Below are positions 61,984 through 64,000 of a stretch of 64,000 bases of DNA, in pieces. Each line of letters starts with the position of its first letter. Position 1 is the stretch's first letter. This DNA comes from Styela clava (Eukaryota). Where the stretch lies: NCBI RefSeq assembly GCF_964204865.1, contig NC_135262.1, forward strand, positions 16,926,001-16,990,000, given 5' to 3'. Under the pieces are notes generated by a model. The model was not told where the DNA came from. It searched no databases and worked only from the letters and a program-made list of their open reading frames with translations. Position numbers and translations under genes: made by a program.

Positions 61984-62122
61984 CTATAGATTATAAAAAT
62001 ATGTCTATTTATGATTATGATTTTGGTAACATCAGACAACTATTTTGCACCGGTTTATCTCTTGTATCTATGATCAGTATACATGTTATATTAATACAGT
62101 TGTCTTCCTAGCTAACATTATT

Positions 62123-63695
62123 ATGAGTGGTACAAGAAGCCCGTACTTCACTCGGTTTCGAGTATTGACTGTACCTGCAAATTCTGCCACTGCAAATGTA
62201 ACTCCAAAAAGCAATGGAATTTCTCAAGCCAAGAAAATGAAAAAAGACAGTTGTTCTGATACTGACCAAGTTCAAACTAAACGAAAAATAAAAAAAGAAA
62301 CAAAAATCGAGATCAAACAAGAAGTTATCGATTCCTTTAATGACGAATTTCCTAAACCTGTAATCAAATGGGAACCAAATAATTGGATGTTGTTATTGAA
62401 CAATATTAGAAAAATGAGAGAAGATAAAAACGCACCTATCGACACAATGGGATGTGAAAAATGCAAAGGAGAGAACTATTCAGAAAAGGTCTGATACATA
62501 GCTAAATAAGTGATCGTACCAAGTGTGGTAACTTCCATTGCATATTTTGTGTAATTATACTCCATATTTTGGTATTCCCAACTTTGTTGTATCTGATTAC
62601 TGGCAACAGTAATGTATCTGCTGAGTCGTGTTTTATTGGTGCTTTATTGTTTATGTACTGGTTTAAAGCCTAGTATCTGTAAAAGTCGTGTAGTTGTTGG
62701 AGGAGATAACGAACAAACCCTAGGATCCAACACAGAGTGTTCCTAATCCGGGATTGACCAATGCTATGAAATTGGAAAAATATTGGGGATGTTACCCTTA
62801 CTTTCCTACCAACCATAAATTGGTCTTGTTCGGTCTACTTCTCATGTTGGTGTGAACGTATCTAATAAAATGCTTTGAATTCAGTAACAAATTATTTTTG
62901 CAAAAATATGTGAAAACTGATCTGTACTTATCGGCTTCACTCAAATACTATACTCCATTCATCAATTAATTTGTACGAAACTCCATTTCAGGATAAAAGG
63001 TTTCATCTTCTCGTATCATTGATGTTGTCAAGCCAAACTAAAGATCATGTGACGCATGCTGCAATGCTGAGATTAATAGATCATGGTTTATCTGTTGAAT
63101 CTGTTTTAAAAATGCAAGATTCTAAACTTGGTGATCTTATATATCCAGTAGGATTCTGGAAGGTGATAAATGTTTTTTTGTGTTAGATTTTCTAAATGAT
63201 ATAGCCAAGTGTCTAAATGATGTTGGACACCTGCATAGTCATGCTCGTTTATCTGATGATGCAACAGGATAGTCATATTTGTAAACAAATCTTTATATCA
63301 AAGTTTGTAGCTAACATTATGACCACAAGTGAATAAGATAACCTTCATTAAGATTTCCTTTCACATGTTTCTCAAACCTTCCTTATTCCTTAGCTATAGT
63401 TCCAATCGAAATTGAATTGATTCATTCACACAACACTTGAAGCATTTAGCAAACTTTATCTATATGCAGGCAATGCAGCCCATATTTAATAGCAAATAAG
63501 AAGTTGTTCATCAAAGTTAAAAATTGTCTTTGCAGAAGAAAATATCTTACCTGAAAAGAACTGCAGAAGTATTGAAAAAAGAATATGATTGTGACATTCC
63601 CAACTCAGTAGAAGACTTAGTTAAATTGCCAGGAGTTGGACCGAAGATGGCTTATCTTACAATGACGTGTGCATGGAATAAAGTGGTTGGGATAG
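62123..63695 (+). CDS. NTHL1: Endonuclease III-like DNA glycosylase/AP lyase; first three coding exons (62123-62488, 62992-63162, 63536-63695), continues beyond the window
   Basis: WEPNNW..NIRKMR..APIDTMGC, RFHLLVSLMLSSQTKD, LIYPVGFW and the HhH motif LVKLPGVGPKMA with the catalytic Lys; GT-AG junctions in phase. Confidence 0.94.
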
Positions 63696-63713
63696 GTATG
63701 TGTTATTATCCGC

Positions 63714-63935
63714 GTTGGCATAGCATCATGAATACGCTTGTCTTTGATTTCTTTTCATGTGATCACAGGTTAGAATCCTGTGTAGGCTATTTATGTGTGA
63801 GAGGATTGCTGGGCGGGTCGGCCCCAGCGTTCTCTACATTCAAGTTCATGCATTTGAAACAAATAACTGGTTAACTAATTCTATACCGGACTGGAAAACG
63901 GACGAGATTCCCCAGGATAAATATGAAATCCTATT
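63714..63935 (+). mobile_element. Degenerate tRNA-derived SINE in an NTHL1 intron
   Basis: TGGCATAGCATCATG..CAGGTTAGAATCCTG..GAGAGGATTGCTGG..CGGACGAGA..GGATAAATATG. Confidence 0.7.
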
Positions 63936-64000
63936 TCTTTATGTGTCTGATTAATGAAGTAATGGAGCATCTAATTGCAAAATAAGAATCTGATCTGCTT

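Overview
This is AT-rich, intron-containing animal DNA, not prokaryotic. A tunicate (ascidian) origin is my inference from the chordate-like proteins, compact genes, a universal-stress-protein gene and operon-like gene pairs. Recognisable genes: ANKRD10 (-, intronless CDS); TELO2 (+, 14 coding exons, about 880 aa); XRCC6/Ku70 and ZC3H15 (both -, intronless, tandem); a USP-family stress protein (-); an SLC35F3/F4-like transporter (-, 8 exons) 300 bp downstream of an intronless PMVK (-); and the first three coding exons of NTHL1 (+). The regions 16.6-29.7 kb and 34.4-53 kb are dense in transposons: non-autonomous hAT elements with 8-bp TSDs, a frameshifted DD35D pogo element, Merlin/MULE-like foldbacks, a Sola-like MITE, Helentron-type (HINE) elements and tRNA-derived SINEs. 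The most striking item is a two-exon gene (50258-51796) predicted to encode a signal peptide plus two tandem ubiquitin-like domains with no diglycine, i.e. an apparently secreted, non-conjugatable di-ubiquitin. Other leads are two candidate trans-spliced operons and an Mlh1-binding (MIP-box-like) motif on NTHL1. Gene names come from remembered family motifs, not from a database search.
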